A stretch of 64,000 bases of DNA from positions 832,001-896,000 of the forward strand of contig CAWJAX010000003.1 in the NCBI GenBank assembly GCA_963841015.1, written 5' to 3'. Of the stretch, positions 51,935 through 61,248 are shown one piece after another; position 1 is the stretch's first letter; each line of letters opens with the position of its first letter. The notes under the pieces are model-generated. The model was given only the letters and a program-made list of their open reading frames with translations. It had not been told where the DNA came from and made no database searches. Origin of the DNA: an uncultured Methanoregulaceae archaeon. GTDB taxonomy: Archaea; Halobacteriota; Methanomicrobia; Methanomicrobiales; Methanospirillaceae. The position numbers and the translations under genes were made by a program.

Positions 51935-52314
51935 AGCGCAGCCCTCCTATCTCTTCCATAAGTTCTCCGACACTCAGAATCCGGTCTTCGGTCGGCTCCA
52001 CATCTACGGACTGGCTTTTGAAATCGGGCATGCCGGTGCCGTGGGTTTCTGATGAGATGATGTGGTTTGCATAGGGCCCAATCGTCACAAAAATCTCACC
52101 ACGGGTTACTCCCTCAGACTGAAAGGGCGCTCAGTACGATAGAACCGGTAGAGGTAGTGATCCTGATCCGGGCTCCGTTCTCGATTCCCAGCACCATCAT
52201 ATCCACAGGATTGAGGAAACAGGAAGACGTTACAGCACGGTACGCATCCGAACCCTTGTGTTCGACTGCTGCCCCTTGTGGGACGGTGCGCCCGGTGTTG
52301 AGGATGCACTTCAC
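51921..52314 (-). CDS. fmdD: Formylmethanofuran dehydrogenase subunit D (frameshift near 52120)
   Basis: LNTGRT..QG, then in the shifted frame G.IFV..GPYAN....ETHGTGMPDFK. Confidence 0.88.
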
Positions 52315-52928
52315 TGCAATCCCTCCTGAACAGGCTGCTGGTATCCTTCAAGGATCCGGGCAATACGGATGGCCCCTGTCGGGCAACTGACTTCGCAGGT
52401 CTTACAGCCCGTGCATTTATCCTCGTGGATTACCACAATATCCCCTTTTTGTACCCGCATGATCACTTCATCGTTTGAGGAATGCCCGCCTGCACCCATC
52501 TGTGCGTCAATCCCCTTATTGACCGGGCAGGCAGTACAGCAGTTCCCGCAACCCGTACACAGTTCCAGGTCGATGGCAATGCGGAATGAGAACAGGAGCG
52601 ATGTCCCTTCGCGCTCCATAGTCTGGAGAATCCGCCCGCTTTTCAGCACTCCGTTCGGACACGCCTCAACGCAGAGCCCGCAGCGGATGCAGTGCCCTTT
52701 GTGGATCCGCGGCATCCAGCCGTCCCCTGCATGCACAACCTCGATCGCTCCTGGTGCCGGGCATGCCATCATACAGAAAAGAGCATGCTGGCAGGTCTTC
52801 CCTGTAGGTTCGGGAAATCCCCGGAAGTGTGAAGGGGTTACCAGCGGGGCGGTTTTTGCAAACAGGAACTTTTTGATCCACTCCGTGCGGGCGAATTCTT
52901 TCAGGTACCAGACCAGCGACAGTCCCAT
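52311..52928 (-). CDS. Polyferredoxin: Eha ferredoxin-like (EhaP/NuoI-type) N-half fused to FwdG-like C-half
   Basis: FRGFP, CQHALFCMMACP, CIRCGLCVEACP, then CTGCGNCCTACPVN...EVIMRV..G...CTGCKTCEVSCP. Confidence 0.8.
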   Translation of the reverse strand: MGLSLVWYLKEFARTEWIKKFLFAKTAPLVTPSHFRGFPEPTGKTCQHALFCMMACPAPGAIEVVHAGDGWMPRIHKGHCIRCGLCVEACPNGVLKSGRILQTMEREGTSLLFSFRIAIDLELCTGCGNCCTACPVNKGIDAQMGAGGHSSNDEVIMRVQKGDIVVIHEDKCTGCKTCEVSCPTGAIRIARILEGYQQPVQEGLQ

Positions 52929-52929
52929 G

Positions 52930-54015
52930 TTACCGCTCCGTACATGCAATGCAGGGATCAGCAGAAACAAACGTCGATGTGACATCGGCAATCGAATCTG
53001 CTCCGATGATCATCTCATGGCAGCATGCCTCGATATTCATAATGGACGGAGTCTGGATCTGGATCTCAACGATCCGTCCGAACTCGTCGCTTTTAATAAA
53101 GTATGTCAGCTCCCCGCGGGGTGCCTCGCCACTGTATCGCGTCTCTCCCGCTTTGCAGACACCACCACCCCGTATGACCCCTTTGGGAAGATCGTTTAAG
53201 CATTTCCTGATAAGGCCGATGCTCTGGAAGACCTCGTCGAACCGGAGCATAACCCGCGCAAAGTTATCACAATCCGGACGGCTGACCGGCACAAACCCGA
53301 GGTACCGGTAGGTAGGATGGCTGACCCGGCAGTCAACCGCGATCCCGCTTGCCCGTGCAGTCGGGCCAACTACATGGGCCCTTTGTGCTGCTTCCTTCGT
53401 GAGGATACCGACACCCCGGCTGCGCAGTGCGATCATCGGACCTTCGGCAAACATCCCGGAATACCTGTGCAGATCCCGCTCGATCCGGTCAAGCGATGCG
53501 CGTAACAATTCTGCGTCCGGCAGGGGGATATCACACCGGACACCCCCAGGAATAATATAGGCGCAGGTGACACGGGCACCGGTTAAGCGTTCAAGTTCAT
53601 CCATGACCTGTTCCCGCAGATCAAGCAGGTACATTCCCAGAGTCTCATGCTCGATGGTGTAGCAATACGAAAAGTTTGCCAGAAGATGGCTCTGCATCCG
53701 GTCAAGTTCGTTTGCGATCACCCGGAGGTATGCAGCGCGTGGCGGCACGGAAATACCACTGATCTGTTCCATTGCTTCGATAAAGACCATGTTATGGATG
53801 ACCGAGCAGATCCCGCAGACCCGTTCTGCGAGGAACATGACTTCCTGCCATGGGCGTCCTTTCATGATCCGCTCGATCCCCTTCTTCATGTACCCGAGCT
53901 CGACTTCAGCGGCGACAATGCGTTCACCTTTCGCCTCGCACTTGAGCCGGGCCGGTTCTTTAAAACAGGGATGAATAGGCCCCAGGGGAATATTGACATC
54001 CACCGTCCGTTTCAT
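52930..54015 (-). CDS. ehaO: Energy-converting [NiFe] hydrogenase Eha large subunit
   Basis: GPIHP..KEP, ERVCGICS..H, GPTARASG, EAPRGE, DPCIACTER (no C-terminal extension). Confidence 0.92.
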   Translation of the reverse strand: MKRTVDVNIPLGPIHPCFKEPARLKCEAKGERIVAAEVELGYMKKGIERIMKGRPWQEVMFLAERVCGICSVIHNMVFIEAMEQISGISVPPRAAYLRVIANELDRMQSHLLANFSYCYTIEHETLGMYLLDLREQVMDELERLTGARVTCAYIIPGGVRCDIPLPDAELLRASLDRIERDLHRYSGMFAEGPMIALRSRGVGILTKEAAQRAHVVGPTARASGIAVDCRVSHPTYRYLGFVPVSRPDCDNFARVMLRFDEVFQSIGLIRKCLNDLPKGVIRGGGVCKAGETRYSGEAPRGELTYFIKSDEFGRIVEIQIQTPSIMNIEACCHEMIIGADSIADVTSTFVSADPCIACTER

Positions 54016-54467
54016 GGGTGACTTTCCTCCCAGTTGGCAAAGACCGAATCGCGAACCGAAAGAATTGCTAAAAGGATCTCGGTAGGACGGGGCGGACAGC
54101 CTGGTACTTCTGCTGCGATCGGGATGTGTTTTTTTACCGGGGGGTCAACAAAGGATCCCTTCCGGTCGAACAGGCACCCGGATATCGGGCAATTCCCGAT
54201 AGCAACAGCTGCTTTGGGATCCGGAATCTTCTCCCAGACCATGGCAAGTTTCTCTTCCCATCCCGGGGTATAAGCACCAATGACAAGGAGTACATCTGCC
54301 TCCCGCGGGTTATTGTGGACGAAGATGCCGTACTGTTCAATGTCATAGCGGGGTGCCAGGCAGGCCAGCACTTCGATATCGCACCCATTGCACGAGCCGA
54401 CATCGACATACGCCACATGGATCGAGCGTGATCTGACCTTGTTTTTTATCCGCTGGAGTAGGGTCAT
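54012..54467 (-). CDS. ehaN: Eha small subunit
   Basis: GSCNGCDIE, NPREAD, GNCP.SG, PGCPPRP motifs. Confidence 0.92.
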   Translation of the reverse strand: MTLLQRIKNKVRSRSIHVAYVDVGSCNGCDIEVLACLAPRYDIEQYGIFVHNNPREADVLLVIGAYTPGWEEKLAMVWEKIPDPKAAVAIGNCPISGCLFDRKGSFVDPPVKKHIPIAAEVPGCPPRPTEILLAILSVRDSVFANWEESHP

Positions 54468-54853
54468 CTTCGCAATTCCTCCCGTATCTGTGCCCTGCCA
54501 TACATAATCGCGTCCTGCACGGGAATACCTGTACGTACACGGTCGCTTACTGCATGGAAAATGGATTCCATTGCGGCACCGGATAGTATCTGGAGATACA
54601 GGGTATATTTTTCCCGGCCCAGTGCCCGTGCAACCGGATCATCCGGATCACCATGAACATCAGCCATTTCAGCCCGGGCAGGGAGGTTTTCGAGCAGCAT
54701 CATGTCAAGGTGCTCGATTAAATATTTTCGCAGTTCCTGGACCGGTATATCCAGTTCTGCAGCAATATTCCGCACGAGGGTGTCGTGGCGGTTTGCAACC
54801 AGGATCCGGTATTTCTGGGGCACAAGATCTTTTTCATACAGATACGTGGTCAC
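54464..54853 (-). CDS. ehaM: Eha subunit M-like (DUF1959)
   Basis: Soluble helical protein immediately upstream of ehaN; assigned mainly by position. Confidence 0.65.
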   Translation of the reverse strand: MTTYLYEKDLVPQKYRILVANRHDTLVRNIAAELDIPVQELRKYLIEHLDMMLLENLPARAEMADVHGDPDDPVARALGREKYTLYLQILSGAAMESIFHAVSDRVRTGIPVQDAIMYGRAQIREELRR

Positions 54854-55092
54854 AGAAATCCCCCGTACTTCAACAAACCGTAGACCATGAACAGCAGCAC
54901 CGCCGCCCAGAGAGCAATAATTTCTGATGTATGGAGCCGGTGTTCATCATGGATCAGGTAATACGCTGTGGCGATTGCGAGGATAATTGCTACAATAATC
55001 CCTTCAGACCATATAGACGGGCGGTCGATAATCTGGGCAATTGTAATGAGAACATACAGTACACCCCCGAAAAGGATTGCTTCACGGATCAT
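54850..55092 (-). CDS. Small Eha membrane subunit (K/L position)
   Basis: Three TM segments; start and stop overlap neighbouring genes in the operon. Confidence 0.6.
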   Translation of the reverse strand: MIREAILFGGVLYVLITIAQIIDRPSIWSEGIIVAIILAIATAYYLIHDEHRLHTSEIIALWAAVLLFMVYGLLKYGGFL

Positions 55093-55934
55093 GAAAGCAC
55101 CACCAGAATGACTGCAGCATAGACAAGCATTATCCCGGTAACCATTACCTGGATGGTCACTGAATCGAAGGGGGACATCATCGGCGTGATCGCACAGAAA
55201 AAAGCGAGGAGCACAACGAGAAGAATCATCCCGATAATAAGCCAGGGCAGCGACAGCGACCCGATAAATACCGCAAGGAAGGTGGCAAGCAGTACAAAGG
55301 TTTTAAGGCCATTACAGACCTCAAGCCCGGCCCGCCAGATGCCGAAGTGCTCGGTCTTGTACCCGCTCACCAGTTCCTTTGCTTCAACAATGGAGAAGGG
55401 TCCAAAGGGCATCTTGGACAGGATCACCAGGAACATTGCACAGGCTGCAGGAAATGCGATAAGGAGCAGCGGGCCATTCACTTCCTGGTACTGCATGATG
55501 GAACTGAGATCCAGCGATTGCGTATAGACTGCTATAACGGCGACACTGACAAAGAGGGGAATCTCCGATGCTGCTGAGATGACCGACCTCACACCGCCAT
55601 ATTTACCGTATGGCGATCCTGAAGACAGGCCAAAACCGTGTTCTACAATCTTGTGGAGCATATAGATGCCCAGGATGACCAGCAGGCTCCCGCCACTGAC
55701 CAGCACATAAAATGCTGCGGTCCAGATACCAATGGCAATAAGAACGACAGCAACAAAGAGAGTCGAACTTGCGGTCACCGGGATCCAGGTCGTTTTAAAG
55801 GAGAACTTGAGCATATGCAGGATCTCCTGCCAGATTGGAGGGCCTGGTCTGCGTTGGATCCGTGCGATCAGTTTCCGGTGAATGCCTAAGAGGAGCAGGC
55901 CAAAGAGCGTGGCAAGGACAAGTTCTGCGATCAT
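55089..55934 (-). CDS. ehaJ: Eha NuoH/HyfC-like membrane subunit
   Basis: GI.RK..ARIQ.RPGPP..Q, S.SPY...G..R, PF...EA..ELVSG..TE motifs. Confidence 0.85.
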   Translation of the reverse strand: MIAELVLATLFGLLLLGIHRKLIARIQRRPGPPIWQEILHMLKFSFKTTWIPVTASSTLFVAVVLIAIGIWTAAFYVLVSGGSLLVILGIYMLHKIVEHGFGLSSGSPYGKYGGVRSVISAASEIPLFVSVAVIAVYTQSLDLSSIMQYQEVNGPLLLIAFPAACAMFLVILSKMPFGPFSIVEAKELVSGYKTEHFGIWRAGLEVCNGLKTFVLLATFLAVFIGSLSLPWLIIGMILLVVLLAFFCAITPMMSPFDSVTIQVMVTGIMLVYAAVILVVLS

Positions 55935-55935
55935 A

Positions 55936-56142
55936 TCAGTACCCGATGAACGGGATGTCACCTCCGGATTGTCCTGCCATCCACCAGAAAAAGAGTGCCA
56001 GGACTGTGATGGGGAACGTAGGTACAAGCACCGCTGCACAGACAGGAAACGGTATCATCCCCATGAAATAGAGGCCGGACGCGATCATACAGATTGCCGC
56101 ACCCACCCAGAAAATCCGTGCAATGGTTGTTTTCTTCATCAT
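55936..56142 (-). CDS. Small Eha membrane subunit (I position)
   Basis: Two TM segments, ends DIPFIGY; lies between the ehaH-like gene and ehaJ. Confidence 0.6.
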   Translation of the reverse strand: MMKKTTIARIFWVGAAICMIASGLYFMGMIPFPVCAAVLVPTFPITVLALFFWWMAGQSGGDIPFIGY

Positions 56143-56144
56143 TG

Positions 56145-56804
56145 TCACCCCAGCATTACAATTTCGACTACCCGCAAAAAGATCAGGAGAGAGGAGAGAG
56201 AGCACATGATCACATACGGGGCTCCCGGGGCGCGGAACATCTCGGCTTTTGCCGCGTAGAACGGGGCCATTCCCTCACCAATCACGCCAATAACGAGCAG
56301 GGCTTTTGCTATCAGGGGGACAGGGGGCAGGGTACCTTTCATGAGTTCGATCATGGAAAGCGAGCCGGTCACTGCTGCGTAGACTGCTGCACCCGCAAAA
56401 AGGGGGATCGTTGCCGCGAGCGCAACAAGCCCGTACTGGTATGCAGCATCCTGCACGTGCGGGCTTTTTACCGCAGCGACAATCCCGACATTGGTGATCC
56501 CGACCATTGCAGTAAAGAGGGCAAAATTGAAGATATCCCCGGTCACCATTGCACCCATTGAGGCAAGACCACAGGCAATCGCCATAAAACGCCGGAACCG
56601 CATTTCAGACAGACTGATTTCCTTGGTCCGGTATGCATCACCGCCAAAGGCAATATCCACCTGTTTTTCCGGACGGCTGATGATTACCAGCACGGTAAAT
56701 GTCAGCGCGAGCAGAAAGAGGGTGATTGTGTAGGGTGTGAAGTACACGAGCTCATCGCCGAACTCGAGAATATAGTAGGGTGTACCGCCGATGAGCTCAA
56801 TCAT
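56145..56804 (-). CDS. ehaH: Eha antiporter-like membrane subunit
   Basis: GD.FNF..F, AA.QYG, GEG.APFY..KAE.FR.PG motifs. Confidence 0.75.
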   Translation of the reverse strand: MIELIGGTPYYILEFGDELVYFTPYTITLFLLALTFTVLVIISRPEKQVDIAFGGDAYRTKEISLSEMRFRRFMAIACGLASMGAMVTGDIFNFALFTAMVGITNVGIVAAVKSPHVQDAAYQYGLVALAATIPLFAGAAVYAAVTGSLSMIELMKGTLPPVPLIAKALLVIGVIGEGMAPFYAAKAEMFRAPGAPYVIMCSLSSLLIFLRVVEIVMLG

Positions 56805-57402
56805 GCTTCTCACCCCACATGGTACCCACAAGGGACATTTTGACGGTCACTTTCAGGAGGATCCCGATAGCAGCCAGCATGAGCGCAACAAACCAGTATT
56901 GTGGCAGGAACATGAAGACAAAAAAAGCAAAGATCCAGAGCGCCCATGAGAGGCCGCTTGCCATTTCGAGCAGGTTCAGATCCTCGCGGTAACTGCGGGA
57001 TATGAAGAGAACGACGAGACCGAGCCCTGCCACGGCACCCCCGGTGAATCCCGAGAGGATCAGGCCATACGTGACAAGGAAGATAGAGATGATCAGCGGT
57101 GCGTCCGCCTTTGCGATCACTTCAATATTGAGCCCTCTGACGGGCATCTCCCGGATCCCTTCTTTTGTGCAATAGATCTGGGAGAGTGCGAGCAGTTCAG
57201 CGATTCCTACGGTAAGACCCGGAAGGATCAGGGCTTCTGCAAGATCGGTACCAAGCAGTGCGATCGCACCGAGTCCGGCGATCTCAACGAGATCGAGAAG
57301 GAGGAGTTTGTGGAGGTCATCTCTTTCCTTTGAAAGCGCAAAAAATGCGATGACCGCTGCGGCCATAACAATGAACAAACCGTAGCTGTACTGTCCCCAC
57401 AT
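56797..57402 (-). CDS. ehaG: Eha subunit G (DUF2105-like)
   Basis: TDLAEALILPGL...AE, LSGF.GG.V motifs. Confidence 0.75.
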   Translation of the reverse strand: MWGQYSYGLFIVMAAAVIAFFALSKERDDLHKLLLLDLVEIAGLGAIALLGTDLAEALILPGLTVGIAELLALSQIYCTKEGIREMPVRGLNIEVIAKADAPLIISIFLVTYGLILSGFTGGAVAGLGLVVLFISRSYREDLNLLEMASGLSWALWIFAFFVFMFLPQYWFVALMLAAIGILLKVTVKMSLVGTMWGEKHD

Positions 57403-57404
57403 GA

Positions 57405-57848
57405 CTACGGCCTCCGGTAGATGTACGAGGCGATAGCAAACGCTATGAAAAGGATCGTAGCCTCGACAACCGTATCCAGTCCCCGGGTGTTGTACAGGAT
57501 TTCGTCAATAATTCCCCCGGGGTGGGCGACAATGGTAGTGCCCAGGTGCTGAGTCATCTGCGACAGGTAAAGAGACAAAGGCGTCAGGTATGATGTTACG
57601 AGACCAGCGGTGGGAGAATTTTCCGGGTACTGCGAGACGATAGTCACCTGTGTGAAAGGAGGTCCGCCACGATCGTACGGGTCAAGCGAGCTGTTACGGT
57701 CAATGGTTTTGGGATACAGCTGGTTCGGTTCGTACGTGAGGGGCAGCAGGAGAATTCCCGCAAAAAAGATAAGGGCACAGGCACCGGCAAACAGCGGCAC
57801 GATGTTTTCATAATTGCACAGGAAATGCGAGATCTTTCGGATGATCAT
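57405..57848 (-). CDS. ehaF: Eha subunit F (DUF2106-like)
   Basis: QLYP, PYDRGG, YLTP, GTTIV..PGGI.DEILY.TRG.DTV.E motifs. Confidence 0.8.
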   Translation of the reverse strand: MIIRKISHFLCNYENIVPLFAGACALIFFAGILLLPLTYEPNQLYPKTIDRNSSLDPYDRGGPPFTQVTIVSQYPENSPTAGLVTSYLTPLSLYLSQMTQHLGTTIVAHPGGIIDEILYNTRGLDTVVEATILFIAFAIASYIYRRP

Positions 57849-58096
57849 GCTGCAGCCTCCCGTTTTTGTATCACGCGGACATAGATGAACGTCGAGAGTA
57901 CGGATATTGCCCCGAAGGTGAAAAGGGCGAGCGCCTCATTATACGAGAGCATGATGAGCAGGAGACCAAATCCGGGGATTTCGAGATTGATCAGCCGGGT
58001 CAGATAATTATGGGGACGGGGAAATGCTGCCGCGATCGTACCGGCAACAAGTATAAAGAGGCCGACAATGAATTCCGGAGCGTAACCATATATCAT
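57845..58096 (-). CDS. ehaE: Eha subunit E (DUF2107-like)
   Basis: RLINLEIP.FG..L..LSYN..LAL.TF motif. Confidence 0.72.
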   Translation of the reverse strand: MIYGYAPEFIVGLFILVAGTIAAAFPRPHNYLTRLINLEIPGFGLLLIMLSYNEALALFTFGAISVLSTFIYVRVIQKREAAA

Positions 58097-58326
58097 AAGG
58101 GCACTTTCCTCTGGCAGGCCATAAGGATAAAAATAGTGGAAAGCGGGGCAATCAGTGCCAGTGCAGCAGCCACATCAAGAAATCCGCGGTCGACAATAAA
58201 CGGAAAGATCCCGGCGATCATAACAGAGAGCGAGATAAGCTTGTTAAACGGGTCGCGCTCGAGAATGGCAGAAAAGGTGCCGATCAGGACAAGCACAATG
58301 CTTGCGGCCATCACAATCTCATCCAT
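58093..58326 (-). CDS. ehaD: Eha subunit D (DUF2108-like)
   Basis: DP.NKLI, LDVA...ALI.P..TIF motifs. Confidence 0.72.
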   Translation of the reverse strand: MDEIVMAASIVLVLIGTFSAILERDPFNKLISLSVMIAGIFPFIVDRGFLDVAAALALIAPLSTIFILMACQRKVPL

Positions 58327-58564
58327 TGCGTTTCATCCCTCCGGACCAGGTGCTCGCGATCGCATTTGATTCGAAGGTAGATCCCACAAAAAACGCTGCT
58401 GCTGCAAGGATGGTAAGCGGGTGTGGCAGCAGAAGTGCTATGATCCCGGTAACGGCAAACGAGACCACATTTAAGAAAGGCAGTTTACGCATCGTGTTCC
58501 GCTCAATGATCACACGCAGTGCCGCATACACCGCAATAACTGCACAAACGTATATCGCGATCAT
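58319..58564 (-). CDS. ehaC: Eha subunit C (DUF2109-like)
   Basis: RKLPFLNV..F.....I.L..P.PL......AFF..ST.ESNAIA motif. Confidence 0.75.
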   Translation of the reverse strand: MIAIYVCAVIAVYAALRVIIERNTMRKLPFLNVVSFAVTGIIALLLPHPLTILAAAAFFVGSTFESNAIASTWSGGMKRNG

Positions 58565-59070
58565 GTGCACCCCCGCAACAACCGGCACCTGATCTTCCAT
58601 AACCGCGCAATAAGCCGGCTCGCATGGACTGAAGATAATCCCTGGAGGGTAAGGATGGCAATCACCATGCCGGCGATGAAATCCGAAGCTGCAAACCAGC
58701 CCGACTGGACAGCCCCGTACACGATCAAGGTGGCAGTGATACAACCCGTTGTGCCTGCATAACCGGGATCATAACAGATCCGGTTACCGATATACACGAG
58801 CAGTGCGGCAAAAAGGCCACCGGGAAGACCGGCGCAGTACACCCCGCAGCTCGCAAGAAGGGTCCCTGCCGATGCATCAGGGGAAGAGACGATATTGCCC
58901 ATCATGAAACCCCCGTTCAGGTTCCCACCGCCTTTCTCAACTTCCTGTGCGATCGCGGTTGCCCCGGAAACGCCGCCCCGCTCCGGTAATTTAAAGATCA
59001 GATCAATAATCATGAAGTTGAACCAGCAGATGAGAGCGGCAACAAGAATCCGGAAGGGTTCATCAAGCAT
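58561..59070 (-). CDS. Eha membrane subunit (EhaB-like), first gene of the operon
   Basis: LPE..GV.GA, GG...GNI.SSPDASAGTLLA, GNRIC.DPGYAGT motifs. Confidence 0.65.
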   Translation of the reverse strand: MLDEPFRILVAALICWFNFMIIDLIFKLPERGGVSGATAIAQEVEKGGGNLNGGFMMGNIVSSPDASAGTLLASCGVYCAGLPGGLFAALLVYIGNRICYDPGYAGTTGCITATLIVYGAVQSGWFAASDFIAGMVIAILTLQGLSSVHASRLIARLWKIRCRLLRGCT

Positions 59071-59153
59071 GGGATGCACCGTATATAAACTAAACCTGAT
59101 TAACACTGTAGATCAGAGGGATAACGGATAAAGGTTCTGATATTAACGAATTA

Positions 59154-59216
59154 CAGTTAAAGTGGAAAAACAAGAAGTAAGAGAAGAAACCGAATTCGTA
59201 AAAGAAGAGGCTCCAG
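59154..59216 (+). repeat. 63-bp direct repeat of 63125-63187 (gene remnant)
   Basis: 58/63 identical by manual alignment to the VKVEKAVVKEETEVVKEEAP-coding segment. Confidence 0.85.
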
Positions 59217-59707
59217 TTCCGCAGCAGGTGCAGTGGATCCTGATCGTCTTTATCTCATCTGCCAGGCATTTCAGAGAGCACGCAAAAAGACGATTTTTTT
59301 CGTGTACAGCACGATAATACGATAGGGAACCGGAACAAACTGAGGTGAGCCCATAAAGTTACCCGATCCTCAGGTTGATATGGGTACCGTGAATGTATTA
59401 AAATACAGATAGATCCCGAATCACGTGCATGATCTGTTCACTCATGTCATCCAGAAACATGAAAACATAAGGGGATCTCGTATCTGCTTTACTCTATTTT
59501 CATACTAGGAGATTTCCCGGTATTGACCGGTGTATCAGGAAGGCAAAAAGAGCCTAAAATGGGCTTATTTTCTCTTATGTCTGTTATTATGGCATTCTAT
59601 TTTCACTGCAAACGCAATAAAAATCAGACCGCAAAAAGGCAGAGGAACTGGGGATTACTTCCATTTATCCCATTTTTCAGGCCGTTACCCTATTGTGCAT
59701 ATAATGT

Positions 59708-61019
59708 TCAATCGGTAGATTTCGATGGAACTCGGGTGACCAGCACCTTGTCGATCCTGTTTCCGTCCATATCCACGACTTCATAGCGCAGTCCGCCGAC
59801 TTCCAGATGATCACCGGTTTTTGGTATCCGCTCCAGGATGAACAGGATCAGCCCGGCAATGGTCCGGTAATGTCCCTGTTCCTCTGCCGGAAAGGAATCC
59901 ACAGATAAGATTTTCTTGATATCTTCAACAGGTGTATCCCCATTGATCAGCCATGAGCCATCCTCCCTTACGACAACAGGTATATCCACCGGTTCTCCAA
60001 GAGTCCGGACATCGCCCACGATCGCTTCAAGGATATCATGCAGGGTAATGACGCCCTGAATGCTTCCGTATTCATCAGTGACCAGAGCAATATGCACACC
60101 GGTTTCTTTGAATGATGCAAGGAGTTTCAGGATGGGTAGGCCCTGAGGGGCCAAGAGCGGTTTCGTGACAGCGGATTTGATATCGGGTGTACAGCCATCA
60201 ACCATCCTCGCCAGAACATCCTTTACGGAAACCATGCCAACAAGATTATCCAGATTTCCCTTATACACCGGAAAATTTGATCGAGCGCTCCTGGTCATTT
60301 TCCACAGGTTCTCCTCATCGTCATCATTCAGGTCGAGCGCGATGACATCAGACCGGTGTGTCATCAGGGATTCAACCCGACGATCTCCAAGATTAAACAC
60401 ACCTTCTACCATGCTCACTTCGGCCTTCTCGAATACCCCGGATTCAGTGCCTTCTTCGAGCATAATTTTTATTTCCTCTTCCGTTACCGGCGGTTCCCTG
60501 GTCTCCCGTACACGCATAATCCAAAGCACGGCTTCAGTTGAGCGACTGAGAATGAATACCAGCGGGGAAGCGATAACCGACAGGAGGCGCATCGGTTTTG
60601 CGACGGAAGAGGCGATATTTTCAGCATTATTCAGCGCGAGGTGTTTCGGGACGAGTTCTCCAAAGATTAAGGTCAGATACGTGATTACGACTACAACAAG
60701 AATGATTGCCAGAATCTCGCTGTAGGGCGCAAGCAGAGGGAATTCTTTGAGATACGTTGCGAGCTCCTCAGCTATTATCAGCTCCACCGAACGCACCGGC
60801 CAGGATCCCCACAAGGGTAATGCCGATCTGTATTGTCGAGAGGAAATGGGTGGGTTCTTGTGCAAGTTCAAGTGCAGCTGCTGCCCGTTTGTCTCCTTCC
60901 AGTGCCCGTTGCTGGAGTCGTGTTTTTTTAGCTGAAACAATGGCAAATTCTGCCATAGCAAAAATGCCATTGATGAGGATAAGGACCAGGATGATAACGA
61001 TTTCAAAGAGATACGACAT
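59708..61019 (-). CDS. Hemolysin/CNNM (DUF21-CBS-CBS-CorC) Mg2+/Co2+ transport family (frameshift near 60785)
   Basis: NG.FAMAEFA, LSTIQIGIT, GELVPK, V.DEYG...G.ITL.DILE.IVGD, VVDMDGNRIDKV motifs. Confidence 0.9.
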
Positions 61020-61248
61020 TTTGCTGATAATATCTTTCGGACTACAATTAAAACTATTTAACGAATCGAAGGGGGGTTGCGCCACCTTCATTTCAGGTAC
61101 GCAAAAAGAATTTGCCGGATTATAATGGGGTAAGGAGGTTATTCTCCTTGATTATGATGGGCAGAGAGACCCTGCGGATGCTCGGGAATCTATAGGGAAA
61201 ACCAGATATTCTCTATGAATAATTATCCTTTGACAATAGGAGAACGCA

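Noticed and set aside
52100-52130. TGA ending the fmdD ORF as a selenocysteine codon
   Set aside because: Homology continues in a different frame rather than through the TGA, and FmdB has Cys at its metal-ligand site.
46237-53199. Long antisense ORFs (46237-47034, 48887-49801, 50804-51715, 52369-53199)
   Set aside because: They are shadows of well-supported minus-strand genes and have no recognisable motifs.
59220-59700. Unassigned ~500-bp spacer, and similar spacers at 30750-31010, 35790-36150 and 41890-42320, as ncRNAs or further MITE copies
   Set aside because: No TIR/TSD, no homology to the MITE and no convincing structure could be established by eye; a search is needed.
2900-61019. Programmed ribosomal frameshifting as the cause of the split genes
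   Set aside because: The sites share no slippery sequence, occur in unrelated genes and go in both directions; assembly indels are the simpler explanation.
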